DNA of 64,000 bases from Botryllus schlosseri. Taxonomy: Eukaryota. Every line of letters starts with the position of its first letter. Position 1 is the stretch's first letter. The translations under genes and the position numbers were made by a program. The notes beneath the pieces were generated by a model. That model saw nothing but the letters and a program-made list of their open reading frames with translations, was not told the origin of the DNA and made no database searches. This document shows, in pieces, positions 27,370 to 41,134 of this stretch. Location of the stretch: NCBI GenBank assembly GCA_051294905.1, contig CM119372.1, positions 40,116,001 to 40,180,000 on the forward strand, given 5' to 3'.

Positions 27370-28270
27370 CAGTGGTCGGGAACCTATGGCTCGCGAGCCA
27401 TATATGGCTCTTTTGGGTATAAGATATGGCTCTTTGCCAAATATTTATTTTTGTACTGAATTGATCAATATTGCAGCGACATGTTGGTAAATTTTCATCA
27501 CGGCCAGAATAATTGGTCTCGTGGCAGTATAAACTTGTCTTTGAGATGTAAAGACAATGCCGTCTTCAGGTTTAGGGGCTCGGACCACCTATTTTCAAAA
27601 TCCTCAAATTTAAATTACTGTCACGCCGGCGGCCAATATCACTCGCGAACTCTATGTATCCGACTCGAAATCTTCAATTGTGCGATTCGTTGATTAATCA
27701 AAGAGCATAGCATACATGGCGAAGCCCATTGCAAAATGTGGTTTTCAAATACACATTGTCTTCCTGATCTACTGCGCGAAATGAAGTGCTGTGGATGTGA
27801 CATTCATAATTACAAACTTGAATTACAAACAACGCCATAGCTATCCACGTTCTTGATTGCTAAGTAAAGCTCTGTGTAGTACCGGCGATAAAATGTAGGC
27901 GTGTAGCGCAACGTTATGTTACCACCGAATACTTTGAGAATTGAGAAGTCGATAAGTATTAAGATTTTCCGAATCATTGTGACAGTCACATTCGATTAAT
28001 ATCAGTTATAATAAATTCTAAGCTTCTTACGATTGATTGCGTTATCAATGGTGAAGCTTGGCCCGTCGGTGACTTACCTCTTGTTTCGATCTTCATTTTC
28101 GAACAATATATACCAGTTTTTACAGAGAAAATATGGCGTACACGAGGAATCCCATAGAGTGAGTTCCAATTAGTCCTACCATGACGTCACTAATTTGCAA
28201 TTGTGACGTAAGTAGATTGGCATGTATGGCTCTTTGGGAGTTGAGATGGAAAAAAGGTTCCCGACTGCTG
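27370..28270. mobile_element. hAT (Charlie-like) non-autonomous element
   Basis: TIR CAGTGGTCGGGAACCT/AGGTTCCCGACTGCTG; TSD AATTAGAA. Confidence 0.9.
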
Positions 28271-28959
28271 AATTAGAAAGAAATAGAACAAAAATCAAGT
28301 GCACTTCTTATCAAATCGGAGTTCATTCTCATAACAACGAGAATAGCAAACGACTGCACAGTGTACAACAAGCTTGGCTCGTTCTCGCAATATAGTTTCC
28401 TGTAGCATTTCAGTGAAACCAGAAATTATATTAGAATTTAAAGCACATAAACATTTCAGAGATTAAAATTACATTACCGACATATCGCTCTAATCCGGGG
28501 GTTGCCCCTCAAAACGGGTGACGGGCGACTTTTAAAATTTCATATAGAGGTCGCGGGCCACATGCATTCAATATCGAGAAAAATTCTGTCACACAGTTTA
28601 GCAACCACGCTTTTAAAACTTTACGTCAGTACAACGCGGTGCGGTCTGACATAGGTGACAGGCATAGTTGCCACAAGAGAAATATTATTTTAATATGAAA
28701 ATACAAATACAACAAAAAGTATAATGAACATCACTTTCGTTCTATTTCAAACTATTAGCTGTGCACGAAACCCGAAAACACTTGGCGATATTGGGGTTGG
28801 CGAGACACGGTACTTTCTGGAAAATATCTCCTCGTTAAGCTTGTTTTTCTGGGGAATCCCCAAGTTGTTTTCTAAGCTTCTTGGTCTTGGTGGGGTTTGG
28901 GTCATGGAAAGTCAGTGACGTGCGGTGAGGTTCATGGCTGGTGAGGCACGGACCCCCTC

Positions 28960-28988
<29 letters not shown>
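28960..28988. repeat. (CA)n microsatellite
   Basis: CA dinucleotide run. Confidence 0.9.
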
Positions 28989-28990
<2 letters not shown>

Positions 28991-30941
28991 GTAACGTAGC
29001 CTACCTGATAAAGAGATCCAAAATGTGAATAACAACAGCAGCGGGTATAGAGAGCATTTTCTTCGCACACTGATAGGCGTTGCAATTCCACATTATACAA
29101 TACATCTAGGATTGGTCGCTATTGTGCTAAAGGGGCCAGTTTAGACGGATAATAAATACTATCTCTTCAAGTACCGGTATAAATTATTCGAAGCATAAAG
29201 CAACGACAATGCTGCCTATGCAAGTAGCTATCACATACCACAACTTAACGGAAAATAAATAACAGGTTAGGGAATGTATTTGCTCCGCATTACGTATTGG
29301 CCGTCGCTACTATATAATTCCTACAAGACAGTCAAGACCAGTGGTTCCCAAACTTTTTCGGTGTGAGGGCCAAATTTAGAATTTCAGAGTACGGTCGGGG
29401 CCGCAAGAATACTACGGCTATGAAACGGACCCAAACAGTCATCACGGCCATTTCGGAGTAGTTTGATTGCCCTGGCGATATTTCAAAACTGTACACTGTT
29501 TACCGCTACTTATCGGCTACATTGGGTGTCCGTTGAGTGAATCAGCTTTTCGCGCTTAAACGCGCGAAGTGCGATAAATTTTCTTTAGTTTCGTGACTGA
29601 ATCGGTCAATATGATCGGGAATTGCATGTAGGCTATTGCTATCAATTTTCATTCTGTCTCTGTTCACGTAATCTGATTTACCGGTAGAGCTGAGTGAGGT
29701 GTGTTTAAAAGGGTATAGGCCCCCTCAATAGTAATTAAACATCTCCGGGGGTATACCCGTTGGCAGGAACGTAACAGCACTTCGTCAGGACCCCGGGCTC
29801 CCGTAGGGTGATAAACTGACCCCGCATCACGTTGTTCGCTTTTGCCACGAAATTAAAGTTGTGCTGTTTAGTGAGACAGCGCGACGCGCGAATATTGCAA
29901 TAATTTATGATAAAATCGGTGAATAAGATCGGGAGTTGCATGGTTGTCCTCTTTGCCCAAGTAATCAGATTTACCGGTAGAGCTGAATGAGAGGTATCTT
30001 TGATACTGCAGACCCTGTAAAATTAAACATCTTCGGGCGGGCGGACCCCTAGGTATGACTTCTTTACATGATGTTATTTTGTGACCTCCTGTCTGCTATA
30101 TCAAAAAATGTAGAATTGCCCAAACCTACTAAACTGAAAGATCACACGATTTCAGATTGGTATCTCTTCACTGGCATATAATTTTCTTTCCTGCGGGATG
30201 GTACTTGTCTTGTGAGGTTTAGATTGCCAAGACAAGAACATTCGGTGCCAGTCATTTAGGCGCCTATATGGACAATTAAACCTTTCTCTATTTTGTTTAT
30301 ATAACGAAGTTTTTGATATTTCGAAGTTTTTGGTCAGCATAAAAGCAGTCCTTTACGGCCAAGGCTTTCTCGCTGCCGATCGTTCTGACACACTTCTTGG
30401 AGTCACATGTTACATGGCCTAAAATTTTATATGTCTTGGTGCATTGTGGTGCGGTCAAGGCAAACGCTGATGTGCCTATTTCTATAAATCTTGCGTATTT
30501 TTCTTAGGGAAGAGTACCCAATAATCAAGATATGTGGCGAATTGAAATCGCGCGGAGCGCTCAAAATTTTTGAAAAAGTTGCATAAATTTTCTAAAAATA
30601 CTCTATAATTTATGCTACTTCACGAAATAATTTTGGGCCCCCTTCGAGCTCGGCCCCCTCAATTGGGGGGTTTGAGGTGCGGCAGTTACGGCCCTTGTGG
30701 TGATTGTATAAGTGCTGATTACTGTAATTAGTTTACTTTTCTCTGTTCATTCCTTTCGTACCTCATTTGCTTATATCTGTGTTGTCGAGTGCATGTCCTA
30801 GTTCCGTGAAGTTGATTGTAGCCGAATTTCAGTTAATAAAAACCTAGAAAGCTGTCAAGCAGTTTCGTCTTCGTCTACCTACGCTTTCCTCGAAAGGTCA
30901 CCACAATTTTATTAACTGCTATTGACACGATCGACTCTGGA

Positions 30942-33900
30942 ATGGCTTTCTCTCAAGAGAAGTATATCCGCGTGCCGGTTCTAGATTTATTACCGAGCTC
31001 TCAAGACTCTTCGAAAGTATTCAACCACTTGGACAAAATGTTGTCGAGTTTCATATCGGCTGCAGAGTCTTCTTTGCCATCGACCAGCAGCACGGACACT
31101 GGACAAGAATCTAGCAGTGGCCGCCCCGGGGCAGTTCTCGATAAGTTGGCTATTTTGATTGGTTATATATCGCCATGCGTGTACGCTTTGATCGAAGATC
31201 ATGGCACGTTCGAATCTGCCATGGCACACCTAACCAAGTTATATCGGAAGAAAAAGAGCACCATATATGCTCGACATTTACTCGCAACTGCTAAGCAAGA
31301 CTCTGGTGAGACCGTCGCTGATTTCTCACAAAAGTTGATCGCTCTATCGCGTGATTGCAATTTTGAAACTGTTAATGCAGAAGTGCATAAAATGGAGGCC
31401 GTGCGAGATGCCCTAATTACTGGCTTGCGGTCCTCTGGCATTAGATTGCGTCTTCTCGAACATGATGAGTTAACACTCGAAAAAGCCATGCAGATAGCAG
31501 ACTCTCTTGAACGGGCGCAAGCGTTTTCCTCGTCCTATGTAATATCGCCTCCTACCGCTAACATGGTTCCGGGAAATCAGGAAATGCAGAAGACTTTACA
31601 TAGGCCTGATCAATCGCCTGTGTTGTCTTGCGGCTCTGAATTAGCTGCATTACAGAAGTCTCCTGAAAAAAAGAAGTGCTTATTTTGTGGCGGTTTCCAT
31701 ACGATGCTTCGCAAGTTTTGTCCAGCCCGAAACAGCGAATGCTCGAGATGTGGCCGACGGGGTCACTTTGCCAAAGTCTGCAAATTCAATTTGGCTTCGC
31801 TAGCCGGTGTACCCGGTTCTTTGAGGCGTTCGACGTTGGAAGTTTTTGTTGCTGAGAGGTTGGTCAAAGTACTTGTAGATTCGGGAGCATACGAATGCTA
31901 CATTAGCTCATCGTTCGCCAAAATTCTCAATCTCGTTCTTACTCCTCGGGATTACACTATTACCTTGGCATCAAAGTCATCTTCTGCTCGAGTAATTGGT
32001 CACGCATACGCGACACTTCGTATTGAAGATAAAGATTACGGCGCCACTCAATTATGCGTCGTTGATGAATTGTGCGCCGACGTAATTATCGGCTTGGAAT
32101 TCCTCAAACAGCATAAGAGAGTTATATTTGAATTCGGTGGGCCGAAGGGAGATCTCGTAATAGGACGCAAGCATTGTGCCGTAGCTGCCGCTAAAGTGAG
32201 TGATCCGCCTGAAATATTCAAGTTTGTCGATCCAGCTGTAAAGCCTGTAGCTGTGAAGTCGAGAAAGTACAGCTCAGAGGATCGATCTTTCGTACGGAGC
32301 GAGGTGTCGAAGCTCCTGGATGAAGGCGTTATAGAGAAGTCGGTATCTCCCTGCCGAGCTCAAGTTTTGGTAACCAAGGACCCTCGACATAAGAAAAGGT
32401 TAGTGATTGATTACTCGCGGACGATAAATCGACACACCCCTTTGGATGCTTATCCACTACCAAAAATTGATGATATTGTCAATGAAGTTGCAAAAGGTGT
32501 CGTTTATAGCACGATCGATCTCAAGTCTGCTTATCACCAGGTGTCTCTCTCTGCGGCCGACCGACCCTTCACAGCTTTTGAAGCTGATGGCTGTCTGTAT
32601 CAATTTCGTCGCCTACCCTTCGGCATCACCAATGGGGTCGCTGCATTTCAGCGGTTCATTGATAAATTCATAGCGGACAATCACTTGAAAGGCACAATAG
32701 CTTACTTGGATAATGTAACTATATACGGAAGGAATCAGAAGGAGCACAATGAGAGGCTCTCTTCGTTCATGACCGCCGCTGATTCAACAGGTCTGACTCT
32801 AAATAAAAATAAATGTGCGTTCGGGGTTTCGAAGCTCTCACTGCTCGGCCATCTGATATCCCACAATGATATTCGACCGGATCCGGATCATTTGCGACCG
32901 TTAACGCAAATGCCGGCTCCAAGCGATACTCGTAGTCTGAAGCGCTGTTTGGGCATTAGGGCTCTTCAAAAATGACTTTTTTTCTCAAATCGTACTGGCT
33001 ACTTGATAAAATTGTTAGGTTACCTAATTTAAGCCTACACACAAAATTTGGTTCAATTCCAGCCAGTAACCGCTTTGCTACAAGAGAAGAAAGTTTCTAT
33101 TTATTATCTAAAAATAAATAATGAAAAATTTGAAATTTTTCTGTTCACCCCATGAAAGTGTTAGGCTGTCTATAGAAACGATCCTCACCAAATTTGGTTC
33201 AATTCCAACCAGTGGAAGCGGAGTTATTGCCGTCGAAAAATTCGGATTTGAATAAAATAGTATTTACGGTGACCGATTCTTTGCTTATTTATTATAGTTG
33301 TGCTCACCGTAAATACTATTTTATTCAAATCCAAATTTTTCGACGGCAATAACTTCGCTTCCACTGGTTGGAATTGAACCAAATTTGGTGAGGATCGTTT
33401 CTATAGACAGCCTAACACTTTCATGGGGTGAACAGAAAATTTTCAAATTTTTCATCATTTATTTTCATTTAATAAATAGAAACTTTCGTCTCCTGCAGCA
33501 AAGCGGTTACTGGCTGGAATTGAACCAAATTGTGTGTGTAGGCTTAAATTAGGTAACCTAACAATTTTATCAAGTAGCCAGTACGATTTGAGAAAAAAAG
33601 ACATTTTTGAAGAGCCCTATTGGGCATGTTTTCGTACTATTCAAAATGGATTCCGTCCTTTTCCGACAAAGTGAAGCCCCTGTGTGAAAATGTCGTGTTC
33701 CCCTTGCTTGAAAAACAGAGAAACGCGTTTGAAACGTTAAAACAGAATCTACTTCGCGCCTGTTTGAGCTGTGTCTATGATGACGAACCGTTTCAAGTTG
33801 AATGCGATGCTTCCGAAGTTGCGATCGCCTCTATTTTAAGCCAAAAAGGCAGGCCTGTTGCGTTCATGTCTCGAACGCTATCAAAATGCGAAATGAAATA

Positions 33901-35298
33901 CCCCGCTGTAGAAAAGGAAGCTTAGGCCATTGTCGAGTCTCTTCGAAAATGGGATTATCTCTTGAACCGAAATGAATTTAAATTGATAACGGACCAAAAG
34001 GCATTATCTTTCATATTTCGAAAAGACCATCCGAGTAAGATTAAAAATGCAAAGCTCACTCTGTGGAAACTCGAGTTAAGTCCGCTAAAGTATCAAATAA
34101 TTCACCGCCCTGGATCCGAGAATATCGGACCTGATACTCTGTCTCGGGTTTGTTGTTCGTCCCCAGGCCAGCCACACATGAGCCTTCAAGAGATCCATGA
34201 AGCGCTGAGTCACCCTGGGATTCGACGACTTGATCACTTCGTCCGATCCAAGAATCTACCTTTTTCAATGGAGGACGTTAAAAGAACTTGTGCTAAGTGT
34301 CAAATATGTGCTAAATTGAAACCTCGGTTCTTCATGTCTAATGAAACGAACAAGTTGATAAAAGCTACTCGACCATGGAAACGTATTAGCATCGATTTCA
34401 AAGGTCCCGTTGATGGACTCAGAAAGTTTGTACTTGTTATTATTGACGAATGCAGTCGCTTCCCATTTGCTTATCCTTGTTGCGACATGACGTCGTCAAC
34501 GGTAGTCAATTGTCTCTCATCCTTGTTTTCGCTTGTCGGTGTACCGGAATATGTACACAGTGACAGGGGTGCCTCATTTCTATCTAAGGAAATCACCGAT
34601 TTCTTGACACGCAAGCGTATTGCCACCAGCAAGTCGACTCCTTATAACCCCACAGGCAATTCGCAATGCGAGAGGCTTAATCAGACTTTGTGGAAATCCG
34701 TCAAGTTGCTTTTGGAAAGTCGGAGATTGCCGGAGAGACATTGGGAATCGGTTTTGCCGGATGCTCTGCATTCCATCCGGTCGCTCTTATGCAGGGCAAC
34801 TAATTGTTCTCCTCATGACAGGTTCTTCAAGTTTGAAAGGAGATCCATGTTGGGCGACTCCATCCCCGACTGGCTTCTTCATGGCGGCACCGTACTTCTA
34901 CGAAATTTTGTGCGGAACAAAGGCGACCCCCTCGTTAATGAGGTAGAAATATTGGATGCCAACCCTAAATACGCCTTAATACGTTACAGAAACGGCGTAG
35001 AATCAACGGTTTCCGTTAAAGATCTCGCACCCTACCCTGTTTCTACAAAGTCTTCTGAGGCGCTTGAAAGAAAGGAAAAAGAGTTTTCCTCAGTCTGCGA
35101 TACAACGGAACCGTCATCCGATGAACTTACGACGTCGTCCAGCAGCGAAAAACATGGCGTTACTTGTAAAACATTTTCTCCGTGTCGCGACGAAGTAGTG
35201 GAGCCCAGTAGCAGCGTATAGATGTCGGGGAACCTCCACTGCGCCGATCCACGCGCATAAGGCGCGCTCCCGAACGTTACGGGCAAGGGACCTCGTAA
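30942..35298 (+). pseudogene. Single-frame gag-pol polyprotein, disrupted
   Basis: Zn knuckle CSRCGRRGHFAKVC, protease LVDSGA, RT (DLKSAYHQ, LPFGI, YLDN), RNase H (ECDAS), integrase HHCC and D-D-E. Lesions: MITE at 32957-33619, in-frame TAG at 33923-33925, and a late frameshift (terminal LRRSTRIRRAPERY motif is in another frame, stop at 35296-35298). Confidence 0.95.
32957..33619. mobile_element. Foldback hAT-type MITE inserted in pol
   Basis: Near-perfect palindrome with ~310-bp arms, termini TAGGGCTCTTCAAAAATG; 8-bp TSD TTGGGCAT. Removing it restores the frame CLGMFSYYSKW. Confidence 0.97.
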
Positions 35299-36083
35299 AA
35301 GCTAGTCCCTATTTTTCTTGGTGGGGGTGAATGTGGTGATTGTTGTGATTGTATAAGTGCTGATTACTGTAATTAGTTTACTTTGCTCTGTTCATTCCTT
35401 TCGTACCTCAGTTGCTTATATCTGTGTTGTCGAGTGCATGTCCTAGTTCCGTGAAGTTGATTGTAGCCGAATTTCAGTTAATAAAAACCTAGAATGCTGT
35501 CAAGCAGTTTCGTCTTCGTCTATACCTACGCTTTCCTCGAAAGGTCACCACAGCCCTGACTATAGGACTACCAATTATGCTGTTTTTAGCCGGCTAAGCA
35601 GTATACATCTCGACGTATTCAACCGTGAGTAACGTGTTGCACATCTAGTTATCATATGGTTACCATACGTCCTCTTTTAAGATGATTAGTCCTATTTTTT
35701 GATTTATATTAAAGTGTCCTCGGAGGACGCCAAAATGTCTTCTTTTTTGTGATTTTGTCTTTTTTTTGAGGATTTTGGTTACATATAGGGCCAAATTTGG
35801 CTGATATACATTAAGTCAGCAGTAGGAACGCTGCGGCGGCTATTTCGGAAGCTGCTGGACCGGAAAGTTGACCTTTTTTCAGTCAACCACCTGTTAATGT
35901 GAAAGAAAAACTGTATTTTCCGGGAGTTGAGCTTGTTTTTCATTTTTAGTCAAGCTACCACGAAGTGGGAAAAATTTACCATTTTTCAGGATTTTCCTCC
36001 GGTTTTGAAAGTTATCAATACCTATTTATATCTATAGCTAGGGTTCGTTCAACTGGAAAGTTAGGGCACATTGCATTGAAGCA

Positions 36084-37371
36084 CAGAGGTGGTCAAAGTA
36101 GTCAATAAATCTACTCAAGTAGGAGTAGAAGTAGCGATGAAAAAATCTACTCAAGTACGAGTAGAAATACTTCTTCAATTAGCCACCTCAGACTACTTGA
36201 AGTAGAAGTATATTTGACTGGCTTTAAATCTACTCAAGTAAGTAAGTAGTTTTGAAAACAGTCTTAATTAGTTCACATGGACTGTCAGAACCTGCGAATT
36301 GAGGTATGCGAATGGTGCAGAGAGCTTGATTCGTATCGATGCATCCCATGAGGTATCATCGACAGAATAAGCGTTCTTTCGCATCATCGGATGCAAATTA
36401 TAGTACTGATATTAAAATGCGATACTAACCCTTTGTTTACTAGAAGACGCCGTTTTAGAGAATATCATGGCATGGCGCCCTACCCCATATTATAGCCGCT
36501 ATGTTTAGGCGAAGAGCAATACGTAGAAGTTGTATAGGCTACGGTTTCATCACTTTGCGCGATTAGTACGTTAATAACACATATTGTGGAGCGTAAATGT
36601 TATATTTAGTGTAGCTTTATTTTCGGAAAATAGAGACATTACTACACTTGCTTTTATGCTTCAACATGTATGTTTTGCAGACAAAAGAACTGAAAGTAAT
36701 TAGAACTCAAAGTATGATACTCGCATAGTCGCATCGCCATTGAAAGTGAAATACAAATACCACTTGTTAAAAGAGGAAAATATATTTCATGTCTTCTGTC
36801 CATAAAGCTTCAAAGGAGATCTGCTAAAACAGGTGCAACGTTCAAAAAAGCTGGATATTCCACATGACATGCTAAGACGCGTAATGGGCTGCCAGATTCC
36901 GATATGATAGGTGATTGCTACGAAACGGTAGTTTCAAACGTTATGGTGGGCCATATTTACTGTGATGAAATATTTGATATTGGCGACAATGCGGTGTGAG
37001 CGGAACCAAGCAATCCGGTATCTAAATTATATTCACTGATACTTTCGTGAAAACATATTTGTCTCTCCATAACTACTGTGCGCGAAGCGCAACAAAATTT
37101 CCGGGCTTTACTTGACTTTTATGAATATTAAATGTTGGTACTCCGTGAAAACAGCCCCGAAATTCCTCAGGCTATCTTTCGTATTGGGGGATTAGACTAC
37201 TCCTACTTGACAAACTGAAAATAGCGAAAAGTAAGTAAGTAGATCACAAAATATTACGAAGTAGAAGTAGAAGTAGAGAAAATCAGATCTACTTGAGTAA
37301 GTAGCAGAAGTAGAGGAAAACTACTTTAGTACTTCCAAAAAGTAGAAGTACTTCGTTACTGACCACCTCTG
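36084..37371. mobile_element. hAT-type non-autonomous element with AGTAGA subterminal repeats
   Basis: TIR CAGAGGTGGTCA/TGACCACCTCTG; TSD TTGAAGCA; related ends at about 6660-6758 and 52860-53110. Confidence 0.9.
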
Positions 37372-39362
37372 TTGAAGCAGCAGTGACGTAACGCTAGCAG
37401 TCTATACTCACAACTTTCCTGCAATTCTATAATTAAAACTACAGAGGTCAAGCCAAGCAAGAGTATTTTACACTTATAAATTTTATTTTTTGTCATAAAT
37501 CGATTTCTTAATATATTTTGGGAGCCACAAGAAGGCTTATCTGGGGGCCGCGCTTGGGAATCACTGGTCAAGACTGTTGTATTCCGAAATCGATAGCGCA
37601 TTTCACTGTGCTGCGATTGTCCAATTGTTAGCGAATAGTGCATGAGGCAAATTCGTTTGTGCCTTACCTGGCCATTGTTTCTCTGCGATGGCATTGTTTG
37701 TAATAAAGCCGAATGCCACCTTCCTTGGCGATTTTGAGGGGGGTCTCGTGGTCTGACACTGTTATTATTTGGATTTCCGGAATCAGTGTGACGATAGCAT
37801 TTGATTGATACCAGTTGTAATGAATTCCGAGCTTTTTATGATGAATTGCATTGTCGCAGGTGAGGCATGACCCGCCCGTGCCTCACCTATGCAGCAACTC
37901 TCCTTTCGCGCTGTATTTTTGAATAATGATTATGAAAATTGATGATGTTGTGTGAAAAAATGCTCAAATTTAGTTATTTATGGACATCGATGTAAAATAT
38001 CAATAACCATCGACTCATGGAGGGTTTCACAATTTTCAGTGATTCGCCCTGGCGACAGGTGAGGCACTGCCGCACCTGCCTCATTGGACCGCACGTCACT
38101 GTGGAACGTGCATGCCCGTGTCCAATGCCCATTCATGTCAGCGAATGCCTCCTTCATGGATGCTATTGCTATCTCTGGGGCCGTATCAGCTAGTGAAGAA
38201 TAGTGATGTTGGGCACGAGAGAATGGCTTATTTTGAACAACAACAACAATATTTTTAATGGAAATCAATTTCAGCATTTTAAATGCCTTCCGAAATCACG
38301 AATCAGGTCACGGGCCGCGTGTTGGTGATCCCTGTTCTAATTGGTCTTATTTGACACCTGCAGTTTGTAATTCTCCAAAAAAATTCAGTTCGAAACGCAA
38401 CTAGATTTGTAAAGATCGTTTAACCTTTCATTTGGGTTCACGGTTCACTTAAACTCGCCTTATCTGTCTAGCGCGCGACTACCACCACCGCGAGATGGAG
38501 CTATAAAGTCGCAATCGTTACTTACGCTGGTAGTTCCTAATTTCGGTGATTAAAATACATTCATACAGATTCACAGGAAGTGTTGAATTGAATTGTGATC
38601 GTAGAAGATCAACCACTCTGACTTATCATCGACATGGTTATCCAATTCGAGAACAAGACTTTGGGCGTCGATAATAACGTTGGATTAGCAATAAAGTCGA
38701 TTATCGCGTTCGTCGCGATTTATCAACCCAGGAAACCGGTTGATCACAGCGCATGTAGTTAGTGTTAATCACATGATTTAACAAACTACATCTAAAAAAC
38801 TGCGTGTTAGATACTATATCTAAAAATACTGCGTACGCTGCTTACCTTTCCTACGCCCAAATATTTTCGATAATGTGCCGACTGTCTCCTAAATAATGGC
38901 TTCACTAAACAATCAACGAATTATATGTACCCGTCATTGCAGAGCGATATCAATATTCCGTTATCCGTTTCTCAGCTGTACCGTATGAATTGGACACGAC
39001 TATCATTTCGCGATGATGATAATTCTGTGCAACTTTGCATTTATTCATAGGTTAAATGCCGTAATAAATGATCAAACTGAAATACAAAAGAACAGTTACA
39101 TCGATTGGCCTAATCCCTATTGCTCCAACAACTCACAAGACGTGGGTGTTAATATATACATGCACGCACGTCGCACAATCACAACAACAAGAAGACGAGA
39201 TCGCTCATGCGTTTAGGGAGACTACTAGAGAGAGAGATAGTAGTAAGAGATAATCACCCCCCCCCAACTCCTAACGAAATCAACGTGCATTGAGTGAGGA
39301 GTTCAAAATACAGCGTGTAGAGAACGTCCAACCAAATACTCTAATGGCGATTGGAGCGGGAA

Positions 39363-39975
39363 TCAACATAAAATTTGTGCCCCAATAACGTAGTCCTTGT
39401 GCCATACTGGCGGAGTAACATTTCTGCCCGAGCGCTGGCGTCTGTCATTAGACGGTGCGGCAACACTAGTGTCGTCGATCGGTACTTCAACTGGTAGATG
39501 ATCTTCTGCACTCAATTCGGTGGATCTCAGCGCGCCAGGGTCTGCCTCATTTGACTGTCCACTTAGAGCGGGTGGCGAAACGACTTGAGGTGACATGGCT
39601 GTGCCGGGAGACGAGACCGTTGGCTGAAAAGGTGTGTGCTTTTGGTTCTGGAAGTACGGCTCAACCTTACGCAGAAATTTCCTGTTGCGCAGCGTCAATC
39701 TGCCGGAACCGTCCACTTTCACGAGGTACTGGTCATGGTCCCGGCACTGAACCACAGTGCCGGTTCTGTCCCAGCGAAGGGGATAACGACCGTTTTGGTT
39801 TTGAATGCGACAGACATCACCTTCAAGAAGCGGTGATAATGGCTTAGTGTTCAACGACAGAGATTCCAGCTGCTTCGCAAATCTGGTACGTAACGTGTGC
39901 TCGCGACTCTGCCAGAGGTTCCTCCTTAATGGCCTGATATTGCGCTGGGTGAAAACTGGGACCCATGCTTTGATT
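39363..39975 (-). pseudogene. Gypsy integrase C-terminal fragment
   Basis: LSPLLEGDVCRIQNQ...WDRTGTVV...QYLVKVDGSGRLTLRNRKFLR and terminal RSGRNVTPPVWHKDY, typical of Gypsy integrase C-termini; fused directly to the LTR. Confidence 0.85.
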
Positions 39976-41134
39976 GGCAACTTTGCATTTATTCATAGGT
40001 TAAATACCGTAATAAATGATCAAACTGAAATACAAAGGAACAGTCGCATCGACTAGCCTAATCCCTATTGCTCCAACAACTCACAAAACGTGGGTGTTAA
40101 TATATACATATACATGCACGCACGTCGCACAATCACAACAACAAGAAGACGAGATCGCTCATGCGTTTAGGGAGACTATTAGACAGAGAGATAGTACACT
40201 GTAAACGAAAATGGTGTGTTTTCGCAATTCACACCCTAGCGTAGGGTGTGTTTTGGGTCATCACACCTATTGGGTACTAAATTTGTCATTTACATCTAAG
40301 CTATTGGTGGAAATGAGCCGAACTCACCCCTACACACATATACCATAAGATATACACCCCAAGCATTGGCATTTGGGGTGAATTGTTAAAGATTACACCT
40401 TTTGTCAGACAAATATGAAGTTTGGGATTCAATCCGCGCTAGCCGCTTCCACAAAACTTGACTGTTGAAGTTTCAAGTCTGTGTCGCTCAGATTCCTGGT
40501 TAAGCAGGCAGGGGTGCGGCAAGTCTGGATTCTTGTTAAAAATTCAGTCGAATCACTGTACTGATCATTGTATGGGCACTTGAGAACTTCTCTGCTGTGT
40601 CTAACTGTAGGTCGTGTAGGACATATTCTCTTTAGGGTTGAATTATCCACAGAAAATGCGTGTTTTCGCCCACTTTATTGTTGTCCATGTCTTTAAGGCT
40701 TCTTGGGTAGGCTTCGGCAATGTTCCATTGTTCAGTTTTTATGGATTTAACCCGGTTCGATCAAGTAAATTCGCCTACGCATATAGTTTCAGCTTCAGTG
40801 ACAAATAAGCATTCGTTGTATAACATTCGTGTGCTACATTGACATGAATGAATGATAGCTAAGTCCGCAATATCATATTGTAATTCACATTTATCGTGCA
40901 CTGCGGTACTCGTACTTTGGCTGAAATTTCACCCGGTCTACTATAGTGTGACCGATGTATCTCAAGTGTGTCGCAAAAATACGACACATTATGAAGTTGT
41001 CACGATACTGGTTTATAATTTCTTTCATGTCACGTCAAATGCACAATTGTACATTGTACGTAGCCTATATGTACAAAATATATCGGGCCTATTCCGCACA
41101 GCATTAGTGTATAACCACAATATAATGCAGGTTA

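Larger units (their letters stand above)
30696..35552 (+). mobile_element. Full-length Ty3/Gypsy LTR retrotransposon
   Basis: LTRs 30696-30905 and 35332-35552 (TGTGG...CCACA; 3 substitutions and 2 indels between them); 5-bp TSD GCCCT; polypurine tract GGTGGGGGTGAA before the 3' LTR; domain order gag-PR-RT-RH-IN. Confidence 0.98.

Noticed and set aside
33923..33925. Programmed stop-codon readthrough in pol
   Set aside because: It lies mid RNase H rather than at a gag-pol boundary, and the copy has other lesions; most simply a nonsense mutation.
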